From Candidatus Moanibacter sp. (lineage in GTDB: Bacteria > Verrucomicrobiota > Verrucomicrobiia > Opitutales > UBA2987), in the NCBI GenBank assembly GCA_965215885.1, contig CBDCEW010000033.1, forward strand, positions 1 to 59,619: DNA of 59,619 nt, given 5' to 3'. Below are positions 1-9,974 of this stretch, one piece after another. How positions within the stretch are numbered: position 1 is the first letter of the stretch; every line of letters begins with the position of its first letter. Both the position numbers and the translations under genes were made by a program. A model generated the notes under the pieces. It was given only the letters and a program-made list of their open reading frames with translations, did no database searches and had not been told where the DNA came from.

Positions 1-123
1 GAGAACCTGGCCAATCTGGACGAGCTCCCCGAGGTGGGATTTCACGTTATTGCTCTGCCCATGAAGATCAAGGGAGGCAGTGGGGCACCCCTTCGTGTGG
101 TCGCATTTATCCCGGATTCGTAA
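1..123 (+). CDS. Cyclase / kynurenine formamidase family protein, 3' end only
   Basis: Frame 1 reads ENLANLDELPEVGFHVIALPMKIKGGSGAPLRVVAF, the typical cyclase C-terminal motif; not in the ORF track. Confidence 0.8.
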   Translation, partial: ENLANLDELPEVGFHVIALPMKIKGGSGAPLRVVAFIPDS

Positions 124-190
124 TGGATTGTGGGAAACCTGAATGGTTTGGGATATTTGCCGTATAAGAAATCCAAATGAGGGAGAAGCG

Positions 191-1477
191 ATGCGGATAG
201 CCGTTATTGGTCTTGGTTACGTAGGGTTGCCTTTGTCCCTGGAATTCGCGTCGGCAGGCGTCAACGTTCTCGGTTTGGATGAGGATCCGGAAAAGGTGCA
301 GGTCCTTAGCAGAGGCGAGAGTTACGTCGGGCATATCGCTTCTGAACGTGTGAAGGAAAACATCGATCGTGGCACCCTTTGTGTTTCGGTGGATTTCAGC
401 CTGTTGGCGGAGGTGGAAGTGATCATTATCTGTGTGCCTACACCTCTGAATCGACACCGTGAGCCGGACCTGTCATTTGTGTTGAACACGGGAAGGACGA
501 TCGCCCCGCATTTGGGGAAGGAAGTATTGGTGGTACTTGAGTCGACAACCTATCCGGGGACAACCGAGGGGGAGTTGCGAACAGTCCTTGAAGAAGGATC
601 GGGAATGCGGGCGGGTGAAGACTTTCATTTGGCGTATTCGCCCGAGCGTGAGGATCCTGGAAATCCGGAAAGTAGAGTGCGTATTATTCCGAAAGTTATG
701 GGAGGTTTGACCCCGGCCTGCCTGGAGAAGACGAAAAGGATATATTCCAAAGTAGTCGATAGAGTAGTGCCGGTCAGTTCCTGTCGTGCCGCTGAGGCAG
801 CCAAGTTGCTGGAGAACATATTCCGCGCAGTCAATATTGCCCTGGTTAACGAACTCAAGATGGTATACGGTGAAATGGATATCGATATCTGGGAGGTCAT
901 AAAAGCGGCTTCGACGAAACCGTTCGGGTTTATGCCGTTCTATCCAGGACCCGGTTTGGGTGGCCACTGCATTCCGATCGACCCTTTTTACCTCACCTGG
1001 AAGGCAAGGGAGGTGGGCCAGAACACCCGTTTCATTGAACTGGCGGGCGAGATCAACTCGTCAATGCCGAAGTATGTCATCAACCGGGTGAAAGACGTTC
1101 TGAACGAAAGCAGGAAAGCGATCAATGGATCCAAAGTACTCGTTATCGGCCTCGCCTATAAACCGAATGTGGACGACGTCAGGGAGTCGGCCACGTTTTC
1201 TTTAATGGACTTACTCCGCGAAGGCGGGGCGGAAGTGGCCTATTACGATCCGTATAAACCAATAATCACGCCATCGCGCGATAATATGCATTGGACTGGG
1301 AAGAAGTCGATTTGCTGGAATCGTGAAGTCATTGAATCTTTTGATCTCGTGCTCATAAGCACAGCCCACGACTGCATCAATTATGAGGAATTGAACGATT
1401 GGGCACAATGTATCGTCGACACTCGAAACGTGATGGCGGAAGTGGGAAAAGGGCGAGCAAAGGTGAGGAAAGCGTAA
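191..1477 (+). CDS. wbpA: UDP-N-acetylhexosamine 6-dehydrogenase (WbpA/WecC-like)
   Basis: GLGYVG Rossmann motif, ICVPTP, ESTTYPGTT, SPEREDPG, GGHCIP; probable ATG at 191 after GGGAG. Confidence 0.85.
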   Translation: MRIAVIGLGYVGLPLSLEFASAGVNVLGLDEDPEKVQVLSRGESYVGHIASERVKENIDRGTLCVSVDFSLLAEVEVIIICVPTPLNRHREPDLSFVLNTGRTIAPHLGKEVLVVLESTTYPGTTEGELRTVLEEGSGMRAGEDFHLAYSPEREDPGNPESRVRIIPKVMGGLTPACLEKTKRIYSKVVDRVVPVSSCRAAEAAKLLENIFRAVNIALVNELKMVYGEMDIDIWEVIKAASTKPFGFMPFYPGPGLGGHCIPIDPFYLTWKAREVGQNTRFIELAGEINSSMPKYVINRVKDVLNESRKAINGSKVLVIGLAYKPNVDDVRESATFSLMDLLREGGAEVAYYDPYKPIITPSRDNMHWTGKKSICWNREVIESFDLVLISTAHDCINYEELNDWAQCIVDTRNVMAEVGKGRAKVRKA

Positions 1478-1543
1478 TAGCCTTTAAGACTTTTCCGAGA
1501 AGGTGTGAAAACCTTCCGGGTTTGGCACAGACGGGAATACTAA

Positions 1544-2539
1544 GTGGGAAAGCCTGGAATCGCAGTTCTAGGATGCGGATATTGGGGGAAAAACCTGATC
1601 CGCAATTTCTACGAGATTGGAGTCCTGAAGCTGGTCTGCGATCCCTCCGAGGCTGCGCGCGCGAGGGCCCGCGAAATCGCTCCGGGGGCAAAAACGAACG
1701 AATCGTTCGAAGTAGCGTTGGGGAGTCCGGAGATTCAGGGTGTTGTCATTGCTACACCGGCTGAGACGCACCACAGGTTGTCAGTGCGCGCTCTCGAAGC
1801 GGGTAAGGATGTTTTCGTAGAGAAGCCGATGGCACTGGAAATTCGAGATGGAGAGAAGCAGAAAGCGCTGGCGGAAAAGTATGATGCCGTTCTAATGGTG
1901 GGCCACCTTCTGGAGTATCATGGCGCGACATTGGAATTACGTCGGCTTTTGGACAATGATGAGTTAGGAAAAGTTAACTACGTTTATTCAAATCGGTTGA
2001 ATTTTGGAAAAATCAGGACGGAAGAGAATGCACTGTGGAGCTTTGCGCCTCATGATGTGGCAGTGATACTCCGGCTTCTAAAAGAGATGCCGGTGGAGGT
2101 GACCTGCGTAGGAGGCGGATTTGTCAATCCGACCCTCGCCGACGTTACTGTTTCCACACTTAGATTCGGTTCCGGGCGCAGAGCGCACATATTTGTAAGT
2201 TGGCTCAACCCGTTCAAAGAACAGAAGCTGGTTGTCGTGGGCGAGAAGAGAATGGCGGTTTTCAATGATGTATCTCCAGAGGATAAGTTGGTTTTATACG
2301 ATCAACGGGTGGATTTGAGTAAGGGGGTACCGATTCTGGAAAAGGGAGGTTCTAGAGCGGTCAGTTTGCCGGAAGAAGAGCCACTGCGCAGTGAATGTCT
2401 CCACTTTCTCGAGTGCATGGAGACGCGAGAGCGGCCTTTGACCGATGCCGCGAGTGGGATTCGGGTGTTGAAAGTTCTTCAGGCCTGTCAAGAATCCATG
2501 AGAGAGAATGGTGCTCCAGTTGATCCTTCCGGCATGTAA
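1544..2539 (+). CDS. Gfo/Idh/MocA oxidoreductase (WbpB/WlbA-like 3-dehydrogenase)
   Basis: GCGYWG, ATP..H and EKP motifs; lies between wbpA-like and wbpD-like genes. Confidence 0.8.
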   Translation: MGKPGIAVLGCGYWGKNLIRNFYEIGVLKLVCDPSEAARARAREIAPGAKTNESFEVALGSPEIQGVVIATPAETHHRLSVRALEAGKDVFVEKPMALEIRDGEKQKALAEKYDAVLMVGHLLEYHGATLELRRLLDNDELGKVNYVYSNRLNFGKIRTEENALWSFAPHDVAVILRLLKEMPVEVTCVGGGFVNPTLADVTVSTLRFGSGRRAHIFVSWLNPFKEQKLVVVGEKRMAVFNDVSPEDKLVLYDQRVDLSKGVPILEKGGSRAVSLPEEEPLRSECLHFLECMETRERPLTDAASGIRVLKVLQACQESMRENGAPVDPSGM

Positions 2540-2544
2540 TCGCG

Positions 2545-2629
2545 CTAGTCCCGGCAAGCCGGAATCGGAGTTTAAGCTTCTTTCGAAAGAGTTACTTGGT
2601 TTCATTCCGATCCCGCTGAGCGGGACTAG
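2545..2629. mobile_element. MITE family A (~85 bp)
   Basis: Ends CTAGTCCCG...CGGGACTAG; closely similar inverted copy at 52883-52968. Confidence 0.75.
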
Positions 2630-2640
2630 AAACAAAAAAA

Positions 2641-3285
2641 ATGCGTTACTTTGCTCACGAATCAGCGGTGATCGACGCGCCTGTGTCAATTGGTGACGAA
2701 ACCAAGATCTGGCATTTTACCCATATCTGTGCCAATTGCACGATAGGTCCGAATTGTAACATCGGCCAGAATGTCATGGTTGGCACAGGTGTCTCTATCG
2801 GAAGCAACGTAAAGATACAGAACAATGTCTCGGTCTATTCCGGAATATTAATTGAAGACGATGTCTTTCTCGGACCGTCCTGTGTCTTTACCAACGTCTC
2901 CAATCCACGCTCTCAGATCAGTCGGCGGGAATTGTATGAAGAGACGGTAGTCCGGCGGGGTGCAACAATCGGCGCAAATGCGACGATTGTCTGCGGAATA
3001 TCCTTGGGCCGCTATTGCTTTGTAGCGGCCGGTGCGGTGGTAACGAAGGATGTGGCGGATTACTCTCTAATGGTGGGGGTGCCGGCAAAGAAAGCAGGAT
3101 GGATTAGTCGCCATGGCCACCGACTCATTTCAGATTTGAAGGGAATGCTCGTTTGTCCGGAGAGCGGTTTTCGATATGTGGAGGAATCTCCCGATATACT
3201 CCGTTGTCTGGATCTTGAAGAGGACGCACCGTTGCCTGCGGAACTGCGCGTCGGGAAAAGCAGGTACTCGGAATTCAAAAGGTAG
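2641..3285 (+). CDS. wbpD: Hexapeptide-repeat N-acetyltransferase (WbpD/WlbB-like)
   Basis: [39 protein letters not shown]. Confidence 0.85.
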   Translation: MRYFAHESAVIDAPVSIGDETKIWHFTHICANCTIGPNCNIGQNVMVGTGVSIGSNVKIQNNVSVYSGILIEDDVFLGPSCVFTNVSNPRSQISRRELYEETVVRRGATIGANATIVCGISLGRYCFVAAGAVVTKDVADYSLMVGVPAKKAGWISRHGHRLISDLKGMLVCPESGFRYVEESPDILRCLDLEEDAPLPAELRVGKSRYSEFKR

Positions 3286-3352
3286 GCGTGGTTGAACTTC
3301 AAAGTACGTGTTTAACGTGATGGCAAGTACCTTAGATCGATGTTTGAAGAAA

Positions 3353-3489
3353 GGGGTCAAGCCTTAGAAGTGGCAGTTTTTCGGGGTCAGCCGCCTTAGC
3401 AAATTGCCCTTAGCATGCGAAGGGCGATCCGTAAGGCCTGACCCCTTGAGCGAAGCGGAAAAACAGCCACTTCTCAAGGGCATGACCCC
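3353..3489. repeat. Nested inverted-repeat (long hairpin) element
   Basis: Imperfect ~30-bp outer arms GGGGTCAAGCCTTAGAAGTGGCAGTTTTTC / GAAAAACAGCCACTTCTCAAGGGCATGACCCC, inner GGGGTCAG..CTGACCCC. Confidence 0.7.
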
Positions 3490-3575
3490 GAACGTCGAAT
3501 AAACCAACAGGAACTTTAAGACCATAAGCAATCACGCTAAACTCGTACGCTTAAATTCTGATCTGGAGACAAAAA

Positions 3576-4694
3576 ATGAACGTTCCGCTGCTCGATCTTA
3601 AGGCACAGTACCGAAAAATCGAAGACGAAGTTAACGCTGCTGTGAGGGAGGTTTTTGATACCCAGATATTCATAAACGGACCCAAAGTAAGGGAATGTGA
3701 GGAAGCGGTGGCCGGTTATGTCGGCTCTGCTCACTGCGTCGGAGTGTCCTCGGGATCGGACGCTTTGTTGATCTCCCTGATGGCGGAAGGAATTGGTCGA
3801 GGCGACGAAGTAATCACGTCACCTTACACATTCTTTGCCACGGCAGGCGCTGTGGCACGGTTGGGCGCACGTCCCGTTTTCGTCGATATCGATCCGCGCA
3901 CTTTCAATTTGAATCCCGAGCTAGTGGAGGAAAAGATCAGCGACCACACTCGAGCCATCATACCGGTGCATCTATTCGGACAGTCAGCCGAGATGGCGCC
4001 GATTACGGCGTTAGCCAGGGAGAATGGATTGGTTCTCATCGAGGACGCGGCTCAGGCGATAGGGTCGGAATACCAGGGAGAACGGGTGGGTAGACTGGGG
4101 GAGTACGGTTGCTTTTCCTTTTTCCCTTCGAAAAATCTGGGAGGAGCGGGCGACGGTGGGATGGTGGCGGTTCAGGACAGCGCGCGGGCTGACAAGCTCA
4201 GGGCGTTGCGAAGTCATGGCGGGAAGAAAAAGTACTATTTTGAGCTCGTTGGAGGAAACTTTCGACTCGACGCCCTTCAAGCCGCGGTAGTGACGGTAAA
4301 GCTGAAATACCTCGATGAGTGGGCAGAATGTCGCCGTTGCAATGCCGCTCGCTACGACCGGATGTTTTCTGAGACCTGTCTCGTCCAGGAGGGAGTAATC
4401 GGACTGCCCGAGGTGGTAGTGGGGCACCACATTTTTAATCAATATGTGATACGTGTTCCGCGTCGAGATGAACTACGCGACCATCTTAGGGATAAAGAGA
4501 TCGGGCATGAAGTGTATTATCCCGTGCCGTTGCATCTTCAGAGATGTTTTGAACATTTGGGATACCGCGAGGGGGATCTTACCGAGAGTGAAAGGGCGGC
4601 AAAGGAAACAATTGCCCTTCCCATCTATCCGGAGCTTACCGCGGACCAGAGCGAGTATGTTGTCGAGTCGGTGGTCGCGTTCTATGTCCAGTGA
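3576..4694 (+). CDS. DegT/DnrJ/EryC1/StrS aminotransferase (WbpE-like)
   Basis: IEDAAQA, SFFPSKNLG PLP-lysine motif, N.RLD.LQAA. Confidence 0.9.
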   Translation: MNVPLLDLKAQYRKIEDEVNAAVREVFDTQIFINGPKVRECEEAVAGYVGSAHCVGVSSGSDALLISLMAEGIGRGDEVITSPYTFFATAGAVARLGARPVFVDIDPRTFNLNPELVEEKISDHTRAIIPVHLFGQSAEMAPITALARENGLVLIEDAAQAIGSEYQGERVGRLGEYGCFSFFPSKNLGGAGDGGMVAVQDSARADKLRALRSHGGKKKYYFELVGGNFRLDALQAAVVTVKLKYLDEWAECRRCNAARYDRMFSETCLVQEGVIGLPEVVVGHHIFNQYVIRVPRRDELRDHLRDKEIGHEVYYPVPLHLQRCFEHLGYREGDLTESERAAKETIALPIYPELTADQSEYVVESVVAFYVQ

Positions 4695-4704
4695 AATACC
4701 CGGG

Positions 4705-7239
4705 TTATAACTCCCGCAGAAATTCCCGCAAGAGGGCGCCGGGAAGGTAACCGGTCCTCGGAATAAGCGGGCTCAATGCCAGATCCAGAAGCAGATTTTT
4801 CTCGTAGGGGAAGAGGTCGACCGGTACGGGACCATCGAGATTCCGTGAAAGCAGCCCGAACGCTGGAAAGCGGTTTTGATACAGGATTCTTGGTATTTTG
4901 GACGATTGGTTAGCCGTACGCAAAAGAGACGCGAATGACTCCGCCTTTTCGCTGAACGACTCTGTCAAAGCATCAATCCTGGCGGGATCCGAACGAGTCC
5001 CGAATTTCATTATGTATGCGGCATTAAGGTATTTCCGCGCATCACCTTCGCCCAGCCATGCGTAGAAGGCGAGCAAAGGGGGCCGGATCAGTTCGACCTC
5101 CTGCCTGTCCGCTACGGTAGAGTGGGATCTGCGCTCCGGTTTTGCGAGGAAAAGCTCGAAGGATTTCCGGGTTTCATCGCTCAATCGGAGGGTGTTTAAG
5201 GGGTATCCCCACCACCAGCGTGTTATGGCGTAAGCTTCGTCGAAAAGGACCCGGTGAGCAGGATAGAACCCGCTGTAATTCTCAGCTAGAGAGTAATAGC
5301 GCCACAGTTGTTCCTCCACTTGAGGTTTGAATCTCTTAAACACCTTATCTTCCCATAGTGGGAGCGTGTTGAAGTCGGGCTGAGAGAAACATTCCAGGGC
5401 AAGGGCGCGGATAGCGCGCTCGGTCTGCCCCGTCTTTTTCAGTGCGAGTGCGAGGCCGAAATAGACCCCCCATTTTTTCGGTTCGATCTCCGCAGCCGCT
5501 CGGAAATGACGCACCGCCGATTCCGGATCCAAGTTACGGTTGAGCCATCCGAGATTGTAGTGAGAAGACATTTGCAAGGGATCTATGGCGAGGGATTCTT
5601 CCCAGATGCTTGAGATCTTCTTGTAAGGAATTTCCGCTTTCGTGTCTTCGATGGTTTGATTCCCCAATCTCATCAGACCATAAGCCAACTGGTTAGGATA
5701 AAAGGTGTCCGTGGGACTCCAATTGGCCGCACTCTTCAGGGCATGCTCGAAGCCTTTTGGGTCGCCGGCGTGAAAGGCCGCCTGGCCTCGTTGAAACCAA
5801 CGCCTCGATTGCCAAATGGAGAATTGCTTGTAGGCGAAGAAAACGGAAAATCCAACTGCAATCAGGAAAACTATAAGTATGAATGGCTTGCTTCGTGATC
5901 GGTGGGTCCGCTCGTCGTCGAAGTAATGGAGGCGAAAGGCCGCAAAGATTCCCGCGATTACCGCGAGCAGGCCGGAGATATAATAGACCTCAAGCTGATA
6001 GTCGGTGAGCGAAAACAGGATGTAACCGGTAAAACTGATTCCCAAACCGTGCCAGAGGGGCAGGAGGGTGCGATTCCCTTTTGTGGAAGCGTGCCGAGCA
6101 ATGCGGAACCAGCTCCGTAGGACCGACACGCTGATAACCACGATTCCCAACAGTCCTACAGTTCCGATCTCTGCCCAGATGTGTACTGGAGCGCAATGGA
6201 CCTGATATGCGGTGAAGAGTCTTCCGGTTCCTTCCCAGAATTTAGGGAAATAAATGGAAACTGTCCCAGCACCCTTCCCCCAGAAGGGACTGTCGGCGCC
6301 GATACGCAGGCCGGTTTGGATGAGACTGAGTCTGTCCAGATCTGTAAAACTGAGTCCCGATCCCTGGAAGAGCCTGAAGAGAGTATCTCTGATTCGAGGT
6401 ACCAGCAGGGTGCTGGTTGAAGCTATGCACAGCAGGCCTATGGAGAAGGAAAGATACCAGATTCTGGATAGTTTCTTTTCGTATAATCCGAGCAGCAATC
6501 CACCCATTAACATAGCAAGGCCGACCCCCATCCCGGCGCGACTGCGGCTGCTGATAAATGTCAGCAGAGCCATGCTCATGACAATCCAGCAAAAGTAGCG
6601 CCATCGATTGCGCTCAGTGAGTGATAGAGCGGCGACAATAGGCAAAACCAGAATCGCAAAACCTGCCGTATGGTTTGCGTGGCCAAACGGGTGCGGATTC
6701 CATACTGATATCAATGAGGCGCTCAAGAGCCGCTCCCCTACTTGCTCGTTGACTAGACCGAAGCTATTCTGCTGAGGAAAATAGCTGGACGTCACCCATA
6801 GCCAGAGGCTGTGACTGCAGATCAGAAAAGTGGATACGGCCACACCGCGCAGGAGAAGGATGAGGAGGGTGTCGATTTCTTTAGCTTTGGATAGTAGATG
6901 GTAGGTGAGGTAGCCGAGGCTCAACGCTCCCGCCGGAATCATCAGGCTGAATACGGCGCGTTCGGGATATCTGGTGAAAAGGGTCGACAGCATAAATCCC
7001 GCCAGAAGAAGGCTTCCCCCAATGTTAAATCCGTTGACTCGCCCGCCCGTGGTTTGCCATGAGAAGAGCAGGGCGATGAGGGCGGCCACTATCGCGACGC
7101 CGATAGCGACCTGAAAGATGCCAATCCAGGGCCAACCGTAATGGAGAGTGGAGGCGTCAGGAGGTAAGGACAGCAGAACCCACCCAAAAGAGGTCAGAAG
7201 ATACAGGATTCTGAAGACCGAACTCTGGAAATATGGCAC
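4705..7239 (-). CDS. O-antigen ligase (Wzy_C) family membrane protein with C-terminal TPR repeats
   Basis: Many TM segments, GHANH, SRSRAG, P.WG.G.G, H....IWAE.G.VG, then TPR-like helices. Confidence 0.75.
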   Translation of the reverse strand: MPYFQSSVFRILYLLTSFGWVLLSLPPDASTLHYGWPWIGIFQVAIGVAIVAALIALLFSWQTTGGRVNGFNIGGSLLLAGFMLSTLFTRYPERAVFSLMIPAGALSLGYLTYHLLSKAKEIDTLLILLLRGVAVSTFLICSHSLWLWVTSSYFPQQNSFGLVNEQVGERLLSASLISVWNPHPFGHANHTAGFAILVLPIVAALSLTERNRWRYFCWIVMSMALLTFISSRSRAGMGVGLAMLMGGLLLGLYEKKLSRIWYLSFSIGLLCIASTSTLLVPRIRDTLFRLFQGSGLSFTDLDRLSLIQTGLRIGADSPFWGKGAGTVSIYFPKFWEGTGRLFTAYQVHCAPVHIWAEIGTVGLLGIVVISVSVLRSWFRIARHASTKGNRTLLPLWHGLGISFTGYILFSLTDYQLEVYYISGLLAVIAGIFAAFRLHYFDDERTHRSRSKPFILIVFLIAVGFSVFFAYKQFSIWQSRRWFQRGQAAFHAGDPKGFEHALKSAANWSPTDTFYPNQLAYGLMRLGNQTIEDTKAEIPYKKISSIWEESLAIDPLQMSSHYNLGWLNRNLDPESAVRHFRAAAEIEPKKWGVYFGLALALKKTGQTERAIRALALECFSQPDFNTLPLWEDKVFKRFKPQVEEQLWRYYSLAENYSGFYPAHRVLFDEAYAITRWWWGYPLNTLRLSDETRKSFELFLAKPERRSHSTVADRQEVELIRPPLLAFYAWLGEGDARKYLNAAYIMKFGTRSDPARIDALTESFSEKAESFASLLRTANQSSKIPRILYQNRFPAFGLLSRNLDGPVPVDLFPYEKNLLLDLALSPLIPRTGYLPGALLREFLREL

Positions 7240-7368
7240 TATTGAAGTTGCACGGGTTATAAGATCGGTTTCGATTTCCAGTCCGCCTATTTTGCGAAGT
7301 AAGCGGGCGACAATAAATTACAAGATAATATAGTGATCCCTTCAATATCTTCTGTGCCCTTTTGTTGA

Positions 7369-7461
7369 TTAGCCCGCTTTTCGTTGGCGTCCGGGACCGT
7401 AACGCCGGCAGAATCTCCTTGTTGTTCGAGAGTCTTCGAACATCTGTGAGAAAAGCGGGCT
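7369..7461. mobile_element. MITE family B (~93 bp)
   Basis: TTAGCCCGCTTTTC...GAAAAGCGGGCT; shares internal TTGTTGTTCGAGAGTCTTC with 22542-22639. Confidence 0.7.
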
Positions 7462-8361
7462 CGAGAGATCGCTCTAACAGATTCTCATATCGCATTTCAA
7501 TGGAATTCGGGTATTGAAAGTCCTGCGGGCAGCGCAGGAGAGACCCTGCGCTATGTGGCGCAGATCGACGGGCAATGGATGGGCCTGCTCTTGTGGGGGG
7601 CCGCATCCTACCGGCTGAAGGATCGAGACGAATGGATCGGGTGGGACGGGGCGCAACGGCATGCACGATTGAAACTGGTAGTACAGAACCGGCGTTTTCT
7701 GATTTTGCCCTGGGTGGATCTTGCAAATTTGGCCTCCAAGACGTTGGGTATGTGCCTGAGAGTCTTAGCCGATCACTGGCAGGAGGCTTTTGGCTATCGT
7801 CCCTTAGTAGCGGAAACGTTCGTGGACCCACAGATTCACCGGGGCACTTGCTACGAAGCGAGCGGGTGGACGCCCTTGGGCTTGAGCGCGGGATATGGCC
7901 GCCAACGCGAAGATTTCTATCAACGCCATGAGCGTCCCAAGCAGATCTGGGTCAAACCCCTCAAGGCTAATGCCCTTGAGCTTTTGCGCGCTTCAGGGCC
8001 ATTGCCCGCGGCACAGAGCCAGGCGCTCAATGAAACCGATAACTCCCATGCGGTCTGCCTCAAAGTGGAACAGATGAGCAGCCTGTGGGAACGCTTCAAT
8101 CAGATAGAAGACTTCCGTCGTAAAGCGGGCCTTAGATAGACCCCATTCGAAAAGCCTTTCGAGCGGGCGGTTTAAGGTTCTCCGCCACGGGCGGACCAGC
8201 CTATGGCTGGCAGGTTTCGGGTTTTAGGCTGCCGGCGCTGCCGATGAGCAGGTATTGAGCGGCCATCGGCGTGGCTTGCTGCACAATACGTATATTTGCC
8301 GCTGTCTGGAGGCATACTCATCCCGTGGTGCTTTTTTCTCTGAGCTTCAAAGCGGTCAGAT

Positions 8362-9912
8362 TCAGGCTGCCTGTTCCAGTTCCTCCCCTCGGCGTTTCTT
8401 CATCAGTATGATGCGGCAGAAGTTGTAGGCCAGAACCTTCTCGAGCAGTTCATCGCCTACCGCATCGATGCCGCGGCGGCCGAGTTCGCCAAAGGCAAAT
8501 CCATCTTTAATCGTGAACATCAGCGACTCCACTGCGGAGCGATCGCGGCGTGCCTCGCGATACGCCTCGCTCTCCCAGTCCTCGGGGGTGGTCAACTTCT
8601 TGCCCTTCGCCCCACTGATACTGATCTGCTTTACCCCCATGCTCAGCACCTCCTTGCGTCCCTTCGCCGAAGCATATCCGTCATCGGTGCTGACCAGTTC
8701 AGCAATGACACCGGTGCGCTTGATCGAATCGCCGATGGCCGGCGCCAGCTCAATGGAGTCTGCCGCGTTGCCTTGCGGTACGATCAGGCTGGTGACAAAA
8801 CCGTTTTCGCTGCGAACCAGTTGTGGCTTGTACCCGATCACTGGATTGCGGCTGCCCTTCTTGATGTAGGCCGCCGATCCGTCCGAGAGGCTCAGGACCT
8901 TCTGTGTGGACGGTAGCTTCTTTTCGTGAAACACCCGATCATGAGCATACTCAACAACCCGCTTGGCGTCGGCAATATCGCCCCTGATCTGGCTCAATGC
9001 CCGCTCCAGAAGCTCCCGGCGAGTGGGAGGCAGTGAATCCATCGACAGGCCCTCTTCAAGATGGCTCAGTTCCCCCGTTAGTGAGTCGGCCGCCTTGCGG
9101 CCCCGCTTGAGCAACCGCCGGTAGTGTTTCTTCAGCTTGCCCTTCGACTTCGGTTTGCCCGCGGCCAGACAAATCTGAAACTCCAGCTTGTCCATCTCCT
9201 GCAGCCAACGCCCAACCCATCCTTTGCGAAAATCCTCCAGCCCGAATATATGCAACTTCTGACCCAAACGATTGGCCCGCATCAAAAGACCGCTCAGAAT
9301 CCTCCCATCGGTGGGCCAGCAGCTGTTTGCTTTCACCGAGGTGCTGTCGATCGTCAGCTTCCCGAAATCGTCCCATTGCTCCTGGAGGATAAACCCAATC
9401 TGTTTATCAAAGATCAGCTCGCGGGTCCTATGGCTGACCAGGTTCACGTTCTCCAGAATCGTCGTCACCGCCGGCATCCTCAGTCCCCGCCTCTGAAGAA
9501 ATCCGTACAAGCTCATCGACTCGCGCAGAAACCGCCGTGCCGGTTTCGTGGTCAACGAACCCAGAAACCCTCGAATCATCACGAACACGTATACCGCATA
9601 AGCCGGCATCCGCGGCCGGCCTACCGCAAGATTCAATTCAGCAGCCAGAATATTCTCCTCCTCGATGTCCAGCTCCGGCAGGTCCGCTGTGCGCCCTTCA
9701 AAGAACCTTCGATCTTCCAATCGAAGTTTCTTCTTCTCACGCGCATGGGCGTCCAGATTCTTCTCGATCGCCTCGATGATTTGCGGCGCGAACCCGGCCA
9801 ATTCTTCAACTTCATCCAGAAAATCACGGAAATCCGTGTCTGGAACCGGCAGAATGAGGTTGCTAAGGGGCGTCTTATCGCTTTTGTTCTCCTCTGTCGC
9901 ACATGTTGGCAT
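8362..9912 (-). CDS. DDE transposase (~516 aa)
   Basis: IDSTSVKAN..WPTD, STDDGYAS, RSAVES motifs; ATG at 9912 after AAAGGAG. Confidence 0.9.
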   Translation of the reverse strand: MPTCATEENKSDKTPLSNLILPVPDTDFRDFLDEVEELAGFAPQIIEAIEKNLDAHAREKKKLRLEDRRFFEGRTADLPELDIEEENILAAELNLAVGRPRMPAYAVYVFVMIRGFLGSLTTKPARRFLRESMSLYGFLQRRGLRMPAVTTILENVNLVSHRTRELIFDKQIGFILQEQWDDFGKLTIDSTSVKANSCWPTDGRILSGLLMRANRLGQKLHIFGLEDFRKGWVGRWLQEMDKLEFQICLAAGKPKSKGKLKKHYRRLLKRGRKAADSLTGELSHLEEGLSMDSLPPTRRELLERALSQIRGDIADAKRVVEYAHDRVFHEKKLPSTQKVLSLSDGSAAYIKKGSRNPVIGYKPQLVRSENGFVTSLIVPQGNAADSIELAPAIGDSIKRTGVIAELVSTDDGYASAKGRKEVLSMGVKQISISGAKGKKLTTPEDWESEAYREARRDRSAVESLMFTIKDGFAFGELGRRGIDAVGDELLEKVLAYNFCRIILMKKRRGEELEQAA

Positions 9913-9944
9913 GTTTAACTCCTTTCTTAATCTTAGGTTGTTAA

Positions 9945-9974
9945 ACACTAGCATGTTGCGACACTTTTTATCAA
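9945..9974 (-). promoter_or_regulatory. Putative sigma70 promoter of the transposase
   Basis: TTGATA-18 nt-TAGTGT with a TGn extension. Confidence 0.4.

Noticed and set aside
7531..8138. Druantia anti-phage DruA gene
   Set aside because: The DUF4338-like domain is the N-terminus of an ISAs1 transposase, and no other Druantia genes are present
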